Source: the human T2T-CHM13v2.0 reference genome, Homo sapiens. From it: DNA of 64,000 nucleotides. The stretch lies in NCBI RefSeq assembly GCF_009914755.1, contig NC_060939.1, one strand, 5' to 3'. The notes under the pieces were generated by a model. That model was not told where the DNA came from. It saw only the letters and a list, made by a program, of their open reading frames with translations, and did not search any database. Made by a program: the position numbers and the translations under genes. Of the stretch, positions 33,734 through 46,299 are shown piece after piece. How positions within the stretch are numbered: the stretch's first letter is position 1; each line of letters starts with the position of its first letter.

Positions 33734-36700
33734 TGATATATTGCAATCCTTCAGTAGTATTTTCCACTTTTTCTCAGTGAAATCTCAATTATAAGTATTA
33801 CCTTTTCCTTAAGATGAATTGACGTGACTGCCTAGTAACATCAACCACACACCCAATATTTTAGGAACACATAATTTACAAAATTAGATTTTAATCACAC
33901 AAGTATTATGGTATCTTTCCTGGTTAAAAAAAGAGCACAGCCCAATGAATGAGAAGGTGCATTGCCACTCTGAGGGGTGAGTTTCTTTACTTGGCCCCTG
34001 CTGCTCAACCGCCCCAGGGCTGCACCTGCCATCTGCTAATGGCAAGGACTTATCGTCAGTGGATATCCCTCCTTGGGCCCTATTTCTAATGTTCATAAGT
34101 GTTAATGTAAGCTGATTTCCATGAGCTCTTATTCAAGGGCAGGACAGCGAGTATAAAGTGAATTAGCTCAACAGTCTCTGTGGTCTCTTAAATTCTTGTA
34201 CTCTGTACTTCAAATTTTATTCAGACTCGCTGATTCTCTGGACTGTTCCAATCCAGAACAGGTACTCTGGAGATTACCCTTAGGTTAGCTCCTAGACTAC
34301 TGAAATAAACTAAGTTAAGTAAAAAAAGGGACTAGTTTTAGGATGTTTGTTCCCCTACTTCTAACTTTAGGCAAGAGACCCATATTGTTTCTAGATCCTT
34401 TGAGGAGAGATTATGAGGCACTGAACAGTCTAATTCAGATTATGCCCAAGATTGAATGCACTCCCTCCTCCAAGGTCAGCCACTTTGACCTTGTCACTCA
34501 TTCTTTCTCAAGAATCTCCTTGAGATCCCCAGTTATTTTTATAAATATTGATCTCTAAACTCATTTGTAAAGTAAACAGTTCTGTCACATAAGCTCTACA
34601 TATTATACCATTTCTATAATTACAATTGCTAGAAATTTATCTGAATATTCCAAACAAAAGTATTGATGATCAAACAAAACAAACTTGGAGTTGTCTGTCT
34701 AAAGGCTTAGAAGTTTGGGGTTTTTTGAGTGGAACTTGCTCCTTTTCAGAGGAAAACCTTAGAGAGGAGTGGCATATGGTGCATCTTCCTAGGCAGGGCT
34801 GTGTTAAGCATGGCAGGAAGGCATCTGAGTCACCTGCCTTGAAGAAACCCTGCTGCTTGGATAATGAACACATCAGCATGGTTATTAATGAGCATGAAGA
34901 TCAACGGGCTCCCTGAAATTGAATGCTATGAACTGTTGAAGACTTCCCCAGAACAGAGCGGGGAGAGGTCCACGATGACTGAGATGACTTTCTTGTCATC
35001 TTTGTTAGAAGGAGATGAACCTAGGATCAATTTTACTTTTACTAAGGAAAACTAAAAAAGTTGGGTATTTCTACATCCAAAGGTAATATACAGCGAAATT
35101 CATAGCATTCCGTGTCTTCTAGTCTGAGTTACAAAATGGCATGCGCATAGTGGGAAGGACAGGATCTGCCTCACATAATTTGCCTGGCAATGAATGCTAA
35201 AAATAGGGAATGGGCCTCAGGAAATCAAAAGAGGCCAGTGTTTTATAGCTATAACAATATCTGATTACTGCAACACAGGAAAATAGTCTGACAATTCTCA
35301 CCCAGACTTCTAAACTAAAAGCGATTCTGTGGTCCATTCTAGCAGAGATTGTGCAAGGGTACCTTTTGAAATCATAGTACAAAAATCTAGTGGTCCTCAA
35401 TGAAGGAAAATATAATCCTTATGCATGAGAATTGGAGGAAAGTGGAAGAGAAGGGAAAGAGGTGATTAAAAGATAGGAGAGGTCGAAGTCCTGACAATGT
35501 GAACCTATCCAAATATCAGCCTGATGAAATAAGACCACCTGGATCTCCCTTCTAGAGCCATCTGTCTCCTCTGGCAGCATCACAGACACTCCTGGTCTTA
35601 GACACAAAGGATGCCTGAAAGTTAAGGGTCTAAGTTAATTTTTCTTACTCTATTACAATTTAATAGTAGTTAATCCTGTTTTTGCTGCAGTAGGCACCAT
35701 TGGTTGCCTCCCCAGTTTGATTCCTCCTTCTCCTTCCTATCAGATCCTGACTTTGTTCATGTAGCCACCCTCTATCTTTGCAGCCTTTTTGACTCAAGGG
35801 AAGCCGATCCCATCCTCAGCTCAAAGAGAAGACATGATTGTTCTAAATTAGTCATGGCAATTCCATTCTCCTTACCAGTGATTGGTTAAGGGCTCCAGTA
35901 TAAGCCAGTTAGCACATGGCTTTCCCCTTATCAATGCCTTGGATCCAGAGATGGGTACAGGATCTAAGTCAGGCCAATTGAGGGAACAAAAGGACATTCA
36001 TCCCATGACTGAAGGACATCCTTTTACTGGACATGACCAAACAGACACGTTATTTGTTTATTTGCTTGTTTGTTCAGCAGTTTGGTTTGACAATCTTCTT
36101 GTAACAATAGGAGAATAGAGTCTAAGGATAAAGAAAAAGAAAGCAGAGCCAAGAGGAGAGCAGCGAAAGGGATCCTGATGATGTAATGCCTGGAGCCCAC
36201 ACCACCTCTGAGCTTCCTGTTATGTGAGATAATATATTCTTGTATCATTTAATATAGCTGTAGTTGGTTTTTAGTTTACTTAAAGCCAAAAGCATCCTTA
36301 TATCACTCACTGATTTGAAATGCCATCTTTATAATATGATATCATATGCTAAATTCTTTATTTTAAAATTTTTGAACTCACCCATCCCATTCTGTTTCAT
36401 TCTGTGACATTCCATTGATGTATTTTTCTTTCTGTACCAGCATCACAGCACATCATTTAAATTATTGTAGAGTTTCAATTTGCTTTCACAAATTGTGGGT
36501 CAAGTCGACTCTCAATTCTCTTCACTGGACAAATTATTTCTTAAAATCATTTTATTAAGTATTAAAATTGTACTGGGATTATGATTGGGATTCTATGATA
36601 TCATTTAGTTATTTGGTACTAATTAACATTTTTAAAAGATCAAATCTTCCAATCCAGAAACAGAAATTGTTACTCTAAAAAGTTCATCTTCATTTTTTAA

Positions 36701-37486
36701 TCCCTCATTAAAGTGTTTAGTTTTCTTCATAGAGATCATATACATTTCTTTTTCATCCTATTACTAGGTAGCAAGCATTATTGTGAATATGATACTTTTC
36801 CCCACACCATCAGATATTGCTGGGATAGCATAACTTGGTTTCCCCTAATGTGATTACAGTGAAAATATCCATGAGATTTTTCATTAAAAATGACAAATGA
36901 TTCTATAATTCATAGAGAAGAGCAAAGAACTGAAAATAGCTGAGACAATTTTGAAGAATAGTAATGATATTTGGAAGATGATGGTACTAGATGACAAGAT
37001 TTAAAAAGTTACAGTAATTAAAATACTGTGATAAGACGCAGGAATAGATAAACTGACCCACAAAAACAGAACAGAGGGCCTAGAACACGACCTTGAATAG
37101 GTGGAAAATTTAGATATGATAGAGGTGGCACTGCAGGTCAATAAATGGTGATGAGACAATTTGTTTTCCATATGAAACAAAAATGAAATTGGGTCCTTAT
37201 AGCATACACACAAAACCAAAATGAATAAAGCAAAACTAATCTTTTGATTATGATTTTTTGGATTTGTGCTTATAAATGAGATTAGCCTAGAGTTTTGCCA
37301 TTTCATATTCATTGTCTGACTTGATATCAGGTTTATACCAGCCTCATAAAATGAACTGGGGGGTGATCCCTCATTTTATATTCTCTCAAAAAGTTTAAGT
37401 TTGGAATGAAATGTTTCTTGATTGCGTACGCACAGGTTTTTCTTGTAAGTAGATCTTGCTGGTAAAACCATCTGGACCAGGTGGGG

Positions 37487-37488
<2 letters not shown>

Positions 37489-37521
<33 letters not shown>
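37489..37521. repeat. (TG)n microsatellite
   Basis: Direct inspection. Confidence 0.95.
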
Positions 37522-37522
<1 letters not shown>

Positions 37523-38329
37523 ATTCATCCATACACATTCATACATACATGTTCATAGTGTGTAGGTATGATTATTGTCTTCATTCACAAATGAGGAAAC
37601 CAAGGCTTAGAGAGATTAGGTGACCCGCCCAAGGTCACACAGCTGGGAAGTGATAGTTTGGGACTGGAACTCCCCAGTCTGGCAATCTATGTCCAGAGCC
37701 CTCTCTTTTATCACGTACCTGAGCTTCCGATTTTAAATACTAATTGTATTTACTTAATGGTTGTAGGGGTTAAGTTGGGTTTGGTAAACCAACACCTGGG
37801 ACAGTGATTTGGGCTGCTGTGTTGTATTGAGGGAGTGATCTTCAGGGAAAACCTCTAAGGAAGGTAGGGAAGCAGGATTGAGAAGAGGGAAAGGCCCAGA
37901 AAGAGGTGATCTCAGGTAAGGTCTAGCTTTGGCTGGATTCCCAGAGGAGGAGTGTAGAGAGAATGCATCTTGCTGCAGAATTGTCCTTCTTTAGTGCAAG
38001 GGGGCTCCCATTTTTATTCTTGCTTTAGTCAGTCATAGACTGTGGGCTGAGGAGAAGATGCTATTTTTTTCTGACCCAGATTTAGGGTAATTCTTGGGAG
38101 AAGGGGGAAGCTGTAAAAACTTAGCAGTTAACAGAGCAGCTGGGGATGAGTGAGCTATCTGGTAAAGGGAATCTGTACAGGGCACCCAAACAGCATCTAC
38201 CACTCCTAGCTATTCGGGTGTTATATTTCTTCTTGAGTCAGATTTGGAGGGATACATTATTCTAAGAAATTATCCATTGTTTCTAAATTAATACGTGTTT
38301 TGGAATAAAATTATTTACATATTATTTTG

Positions 38330-40440
38330 AGCAGCATTGTTGAGGTATAATTGACATACAATAATGTGAATATAATGTACAATTTGATCCTTTTGACATA
38401 TGTATACACTGTGAACCATCATCACAATTAAGATAATGAACATTTTCATATTTTTCTTTTTCTTTCGAATTTATTTTACTTTAAGTTTTGGGATACATGT
38501 GCAGAACATGGAGGTTTGTTACATAGGTATACATGTGCCAGTGTGGTTTGCTGCGCCTATTGACCCATCCTCTAAATTCACTCCCCTCATCCCCTACCCC
38601 CCAACAGACCCTGGTGTGTGTTGTTCCCTTCTCTGCGTCCATGTGTTCTCACTGATAATGAACATTTTCATTGCCACCAAAAGTCTGCACATCCCCTTTG
38701 AATCTTATCCCCAGCACCTACTGATTTGCTTCTTGTCACTTCATATTAACTTGCATTTTCTAGAGTCTTATATAAGTGAAAATCTATAGCATGTACTCTG
38801 TTGCATCTGGCCCTTTCACTTAACATAATCATTTAGAGATTCACCCATGTGGTTTCTTGTATCCCTAGTTCATTCCTTTTTATTGCTGAGCAGTATTACA
38901 TTGTAATACAATTTGTTTATCCACTCACTTTCTGATGATCAGTTGGGTTGTTTCCAGTTTGGGGATTTTACAAATAAAGCTGCTACAATTCATATACAAG
39001 TTTCTGAACAGATATATGCTTCCTTTTTTTTTATTTTGTAAACACTTAGGAGTGGGATGGTTGAATCAAATGGTAGATAGATATTTAATTTTTAAGAAAC
39101 TATAAAATTGTTTTCCAAAATGATTGTATCATTTTACATTCCTACCAGCAGTGTATGAGAGTTCCAGTTCCTTCATATCTTTACCAGCACTTGCTATAGT
39201 CATTTTAATTTGAACTATTCTTCTAGGTGTGTAGTAGTATCTCATTATGATTTTAATTTTGATTTCTTTAATGACTAATAATGTTGAGCATCTTTTCATG
39301 TGCTTCTTGATATCCATATATCTTTGAGGAAGTGTCTGTTCAAATCTTTTGCTCATTTAAACAATTATGCTATTTGTTTTCCTATTGTTGAGTTTTGGGC
39401 GTTCATTATATCTTTTGGATCATCCTTTAACAGTGTATGCTTTGCAAAGATTTTGTTCCAGTTTGTGGTTTGTCCTTTTATTCTCTTAACATAATCTTTT
39501 AAAAAGCAAAAATTTTGAATTTTTAAAAATCTAATTTATCAATTTTTTCTTTTACACAGATTGTGTTTTTGGTGTCTTATCTAAGAAATATTTGCCTAAT
39601 TCAAGGTCATAAATATTTTGTCAATTTTTCTTCTAAAAGCTTTATATCTTTTGGTTTTACATTTAGGTCTACGATCCATTTGGATTGATTTTTGTATGTG
39701 GTGTGAGATATTGGTCCAAGTTCATCTTTTTTGCATATGTATATCTAATTTTGCTGGCACTATTTGTTGAATGAGTTGTCTTTTGTGCCTTTATGAAAAA
39801 CCGGTTGTACATATATATGTTTGTTTTATTTATGCAGGTATTTTTCTATAAATTAAAAAATTGATTATAAAATTCACTTGGAAATGCAAAGGACCTACAA
39901 TAGCCACTACAGCTTTAAAAAAGAATGAAGTTGGAGGACTAGCTCTACATGATTTCAACATTTATTATAAAGCTACAGTAATCAAGACAGTATGGTATTG
40001 ACATAAAGATAGACAAACAGATCAATGGATAGATTAGAGAGACCAGAAGTAAACTCATACATATATGGACAATGGAATTTTACTCAGCAATAAAAAGGAA
40101 TGAATTTTGGCATCTGCTACAACATGGATGAATCTTAAAATAACTAGGCAAAGATTAAAGAGTCATACTAAAAAAGTGCTATTTTATGATTCCATTTATG
40201 CAGAATTCTAGAACATGCTAACTATTGTATAGTGATAGAAAGCTGATCAATGGTTTCAGGAACAGAGGACAAGGATGCGGAGCAACAGAAGAAGGAATTA
40301 CAAAAGAACGAGAAAGCCTTAGTGGGAAATAGATTTGTTTATTTCATGCTTGAGATGATGGCTGCACAGGTGTATGTGAAAACTTACGTAATTGTACACT
40401 TTAAATATATGCAAGGTATTGTATGTCAAGCCTCAATTTT
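38330..40440. mobile_element. Old L1M(B/C) cluster: minus strand to ~39835, plus strand from ~39845
   Basis: Recognisable L1 3'UTR/ORF2-end motifs in both orientations; ORF 39129-39356 resembles ORF2p C-terminus. Confidence 0.7.
38450..38653 (-). mobile_element. Short L1PA 3'-end insertion nested in older L1
   Basis: actttaagttttgggatacatgtgcagaac...; 18-bp TSD gataatgaacattttcat at 38432-38449 and 38654-38671. Confidence 0.85.
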
Positions 40441-41149
40441 TACCAAAGTACCATAAGGAATTCCCCTGAAACAGTAGGAAGAATCAAAGAATGATTATAT
40501 AAAGGTAGAGGGGAGGGCATCATAGGCTCTAGGAGAGAGAGGTTTTGTAGAGAGTGTGAGTGGGATGGGGTTCCCAAATGGATCTGGCAGATCCTTCTGG
40601 ACATATAAATAACACAAGCACAGCCACGGAGTTGGAGATGACCATGGTTGCCATAGCATGTGGGGCCCAAATGGAGACTGGACCTTGTAGAATAGAGATG
40701 ATGGTTGGGATGAGTTGAAATGGTCAGGATGAGAGAGGATGTGCTGTTTCTGTGAAGGCAGGAGTTTGAATTTAATGTAGCAAGTGACGGTAACAGTTTC
40801 TGAGCAGGAAAGTGAAATGATGAGCCCTCAACTTCCTTAAGGCTCTGGTTTTTGTCCACTCTCCCTGTGAGACTGTAAAAAATGAAAATTCAAAAATGTT
40901 CAGGATTGGCCAATGCCCTCATGGGAAAAGTAACTTTTGAGAATGCTTCTCTTTCTAGATTATTGTTTTCCCTTCAATTTTGGCGGGGTAATTCTTTACT
41001 CTCTTGCCAGCTTTTTGATGCCTCCCAGAAAACATTTTTAAAGTTGTATTTTTAGTTGTTTTTAGGGGAAATTTATGTTCAAATAATCTAACTTGTCTTT
41101 ACCAGAAACTGCAAGTCTTTTTTATGTCTTTATTATTACTCGTTTTACC

Positions 41150-41677
41150 GTGATGTGGCAAACAGAACCAGTATTCACCACCATTCAGTTTTCCTCTCCT
41201 TCTGGACACATGGAAGACAAATCTCATTCACCTTGGGATTTAGTAGGGCCATGAGATCAATTCAAGATGATAGGTTACGAGTGAAAGCAATGTGTGTGTC
41301 TCTTCTAAGCTGATGCATGTAATTGCTGATAAGAGATCTTCTCACATTCTCTTCCCCTGTTGCTGTGGCGGAGGAGAAGTGTGTTTCAGGTGAAACAATT
41401 TCAAGATTATGGGGATCTCTGTCAGTCAGGTTCCCTGAAGGACTACATGGAAGAGATCTCTGCCTTTGAACCTGTGAAAAACATAGAAGGGATAAGAAAT
41501 AAACTTTTGCTGAGTCCTGATATTTGGGGGTTGATTTTTTTTTTTTTTAGGAGTTTAGGAGTTTAGGAGTGGAGGTTTAATAGGGAAAAGAAAAAGAAAG
41601 AAAGAGAAAGGAAAACAGCTCTCTCTTTAATCTGGGGGTTGATTTTTACTGCAGAATATCTTATCCTCACTAATACA
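41150..41677 (+). mobile_element. MLT1 MaLR LTR interrupted by a small retroposed insert
   Basis: aaataaactttt...atttgggggttg[insert]...actgcagaata...ctaataca rebuilds an MLT1 3' end. Confidence 0.7.
41540..41632 (-). pseudogene. Ultra-short polyadenylated retrocopy (~90 nt)
   Basis: Minus strand: ATTAAA (41576-41581), poly(A) (T14 at 41535-41548), 15-bp TSD tgggggttgattttt. Confidence 0.75.
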
Positions 41678-42374
41678 TAGACTGTATGAGGCTACTCTTC
41701 CTTTCCTTGCCTTCCCTTCCTCCCTTCCATTCTTTCTCCCTCCCTTCTTCCCTTCCTCCCTTAATTTTTCTTATTTTCTTTATGTTTTTCTTTTAAATTG
41801 AAGAAAAGAAGCCCAAGCTCACTGTTTGAAATTATTAAAAGTCTTGATAATTGGAAGAAGAAAACCTTTGGCATCAACTCACCCAATCCCCAACCTCAAC
41901 CTCTATTTTAAAGTTTCAGACGTGGACTCCCAGACAAGGACAGAATGTCAAAACATTAATGCCAGGGTTTTGGGTCTTGAATTTCATTATCTTTCCATTC
42001 CACCATGTTACAGCAAAGATAATAAGTTATATGATGTTTTTTTCTTTTTCTCTTTTTAAAAGCAGAATAAATTATACTTATTTATATAGAAACAAAGACC
42101 CAATGGGGTAAGAAGAAGTTTGAATTTTTAGCACTAGGAAAATATAATTCATGCATGGTGAGTGGGCACATGGATTATTCTCTTCCTATATTTAAGATAT
42201 TAATGTTTCTTTACCTCACACTCAAGGGAGAATATGAGTCATTTCCATGAATCCAACATAATGTGTGAATTGCAAAAAGCTTTTCAATTTTTAAAGATCA
42301 TTCTGTAGTCATTTAGTCACAATATTTTCCTGTCCAAAGCTTAAAGATTGAAGCATTCTTCTTCTTTTTCAAAT

Positions 42375-42710
42375 TTAAATTTGTTTGTTTAATTCACATA
42401 AAAATTATGTATATTTGAAGTATACAACATAATGTTTTAAAATATGCATACATTGTAGAAAGGCTACATTGAGGTAATTAACATATATATTACTGCATAT
42501 ATCATTTTTTTTGTGGCAAGAACACTTAAAAGGTACTCTCAGTGATTTTCAAGTATAGACTACATTATTAACCATAGATGCCATGTTGTACAATAGATCT
42601 CTTGAATTTATTCCTCTTATCTAACTGAAATTTTGTAATCATTGGCCATTTCCCCAAGCCCCCCACCCCCTAGCCCCTGGTAACCACCATTATACTCTCT
42701 GCTTCTACCT
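42375..42710 (-). mobile_element. L1MA 3'-end fragment
   Basis: ccatgttgtacaatagatctcttgaatttattcctc...cctagcccctggtaaccaccatt. Confidence 0.75.
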
Positions 42711-44756
42711 CTCTAGACACCCGCCCCCCCGAGTCAGATACAAGGGCACCCAGTTGGCAGAGCCTGGATCCCATGCCCACATACCTTGGGACCCGGGAGC
42801 AGAGGGAGAGGGACTATCTGCCCCTCTTTTGCTCTGTGATGAGAGGGAGGCTGGTTTCTCACCTAGTTTGGGATTTACCCATAGGAAGGATAGTTAAATG
42901 CTTGACAGCCACAGAAACAGTTGTTCTGGGGAAGTTTGTGAGTCTCAGGAGGGCAGTGTGTGTCACCTGTCTCTGACTGGTTTGTTCAGGGAAAAGCTGG
43001 TATTGGTTATAGCTCCATGGCAACGTTAAGCGGTTTGCAAAGTTTCCATTTGCTTTAGTCAATCCACACAGCGATTGTGTTGCTTTTATCCTTCACCATC
43101 AATTACCTGCATGAGGCATGGATAAACTTTGATTTTGTTTCAACATACTAATAGCATGCTAGGGAGTGCTCCTGTTGCATGAAGCAATGATAAAGTTCTG
43201 CTTTAGGGCACAGATGGGTCCACCTTATACTGCCCATCTCATCATAACACACGTAACTTACGATGTTTTCAATTCATGATAGGTTTATTCAGACATAACC
43301 CCATTGTAAGCCGAGGAGCATCTGTACATACTTAGAGAAGTAAAACCTAAGTGTTCAGTTAATGAAAGTCAGAATGTGAACATTCATGAGTCTCTCTTGG
43401 GTGCCCCTTCTGGACTTCTGCATTTTCCTTCCCCTTAGATATAAGCACTATTTGGATGTTTATATATCCAATTCTTGTCCTTTTATTTCTTTTTCTTGCC
43501 TAACCTTTCCTGCTAGAATTTCTGGGACAATGTTAAATAGCAGTTGTGATAGCAGGCATTTATGTCTTATTCCCAAATTTGAAGGAAAAGACATGTTTAT
43601 CATTAATCATGATGTCTGCTCTAAATTTGTTACATTTTATGACATTAAGGAAGTTGTCTATTATTTCTGTTTTGCTAAGAGTTTTTATCATGAATGGATG
43701 TTGAATTTGTCACATGCTTTTTTTCCTGCATCTGTTAAGATCCTCATTTTTATTTACTGTTTTAATATTTATTATTTACTATTTTTATGTGTGTGTTTCT
43801 TTTATTTACTGTTTTAAAAGGACTTTACAGAAGTCACCCCAGGACTAAAGTGGATAGAAAACATTTTTGGTTTTTCTTTCAAGTTATCCTACCTTTAGTA
43901 CCATATATCACGCAATATTTGCCATATATCATGCAATATCAAGGTTGGAAGGAACCGTAGAGGTCATACACCACTATTATCTGTCACCCAGGCTCATGAA
44001 TCATCTCTGTTGTTGCTAAGTGGTTGGTTGTTCACCTGCATCTGTTCGAATATTTTCGGGTATGAAAAATGTACTATCCTTGTCCATTCTATTTTTGGAA
44101 ATCTCTGGTTCCAGAAAATCATTTATTGTGTGAGCTGAAATGTGCCTCAGTGTCAGATTCATGCTTTGGTCCAAGGTTTGCCCTATGGAACATGTAGGAC
44201 AAGTGTTCCCTGAGGTATGGGTAGAGGCAGTGTGTTTAGTGGGAAGCTGGTAGTCTTCAGAATTAAGCAGATCTGGGTTCACTTTCTGGCTTAGCCATTG
44301 ACAAGCTGAGTGAGTCTGGATACTATAGAAGATGGCTTAACAGCCATAATTCCTTCCATCCCAGTATGACCCTCCTTTGCAATGTGACTTTGCAACTCCT
44401 CAAATCCAGAGGTAGATTCCATTTTTCCACCTCCTTGAATCTGGGCTGGCCTTTGAACTTGCTTTGGTCAACAGAATGTGGAGAAAGTCATAGTGGAAAA
44501 GGTCTGAAGCTTAGGTCTCAGGGGCCTTGCTCCTTCTGCCTAGTTCCTCTTGGGATGCTGCCCTGAACCTGCCATATAAGGAAGTAATCTAGCCTATTAG
44601 ATGTAAGAGGATGCTTGGAGGAGAACCGAGGTGTCCCAGCCAACAGCCTGCATGCTCTGACTAGAGCTACTTCAATGTCAGCTCCTCCCCTGAACTTATG
44701 CAGGTGTTTTCTTGGAACTTAAATGTAAGACTTAACATTTAATCCGGAGGAATTTA

Positions 44757-45054
<298 letters not shown>

Positions 45055-45109
45055 CGAAATTTCTTTTTGTTAGTCTTAGCAGAGCACTCCACCTGTGCCA
45101 GGGCAATCG

Positions 45110-45400
45110 TGTTTTTTTTTTGTTTGTTTGTTTTGTTTTTTTGAGACGCAGTCTTGCTCTGTCGCCAGGTTGCAAACTCCACCTCCCAGGTTCAAGCAAT
45201 ACCCCTGCCTCCCTGCCTCAGCCTCCCGAGTAGCTGGGACTACAGGCACGCACCACCACCCCCAGCTAATTTTTGTATTTTTAGTCGAGAAGGGGTTTCA
45301 CCACATTGGCCAGGATGATCTCGATCTCTTGACCTCGTGATCCACCCGCCTCAGCCTCCCAAAGTGCTGGGATTACAGGCGTGAGCCACCACTCCCGGCC
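45110..45400 (-). mobile_element. AluSc-like element with ~28-bp internal deletion
   Basis: ctctgtcgccagg and gacctcgtgatcc diagnostics; the ctggagtgcagtggcg.. segment is absent. Confidence 0.85.
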
Positions 45401-46299
45401 AATTGTGGTTTTATATCTGTCATTTATTTCTCCACTTAGTTCATCTAGATCAGATGATTATTACTTCCATGTTTTCTATCAGTTCCTAAAAAAAAAAAAA
45501 ACGTGAAATAGGACCGTGCCAGGGAAGGAAGCTTAAGGGACACTACTAAACACCTCTTCCATGCCTGTCACTGAGCCAGTCAATATTATTAACTATGTTA
45601 TGCATGCATGTTATTTCCAAGCCTACAGATTGCTTTCACACATTAGCGTGTTCATCCATAGTGAATGTGGCCAGCGGAAATCTATATGGGCAGTAACATT
45701 CTTTCCTGAAGTCAAGATATACCACGTCTAGTAATGCTCTCCTGAATAAGTTATTTATTGAGTATCGACATCACAATCTACGTCTTTTCTCTTTGTTTAT
45801 TGGATCACAGTGAATATAAAACTATACCTATAGTTACGATTATACAAAAGAATCTTAAGTCAGTGGTCATGGGTAAGACAGTAAACCAATTTATCTGCTT
45901 TCAGAGCTTTTAAGAAGTCAAAGTGCAAAAATGACAGTTTTGTGCAAAAAGAATTTTCAACGAGCCTGACAGCCAAAATATACCTGAAGTCGCTGCGAGA
46001 CTTTACTTGGATTTTCATGAGATCGTTTGTGTGTGAGCACGCTCGTGTTTTTCCCAGAGCAGGTGTAATGATGGGTCTTTACTTACTCTCCCCACTCCCC
46101 ACCCCCTTCGCACACTCTTTCACCTTGGGAAGGGTATGGGAATGAAGAAAGGAGTGTTAATCGGGTTCCCAGCGTTCCCTTATCTTTCACCTAGCTCCCT
46201 AACTACTGTGGATGTTAGGTTTGGGCACACCCATTTCAAGACAAGGAGACTGGTTCTCGAGGGAAGTGTGAGACTGAAGTTACAGAGCCTGTCAAAAGC

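Noticed and set aside
39800-39880. L1 strand flip suggesting twin-priming inversion
   Set aside because: Both arms appear to lead to their own 3' ends and no shared TSD is visible; more likely two independent old insertions.
43748-43939. 18-bp and 21-bp short direct repeats
   Set aside because: AT-rich local slippage duplications; no spacer array or CRISPR-like periodicity.
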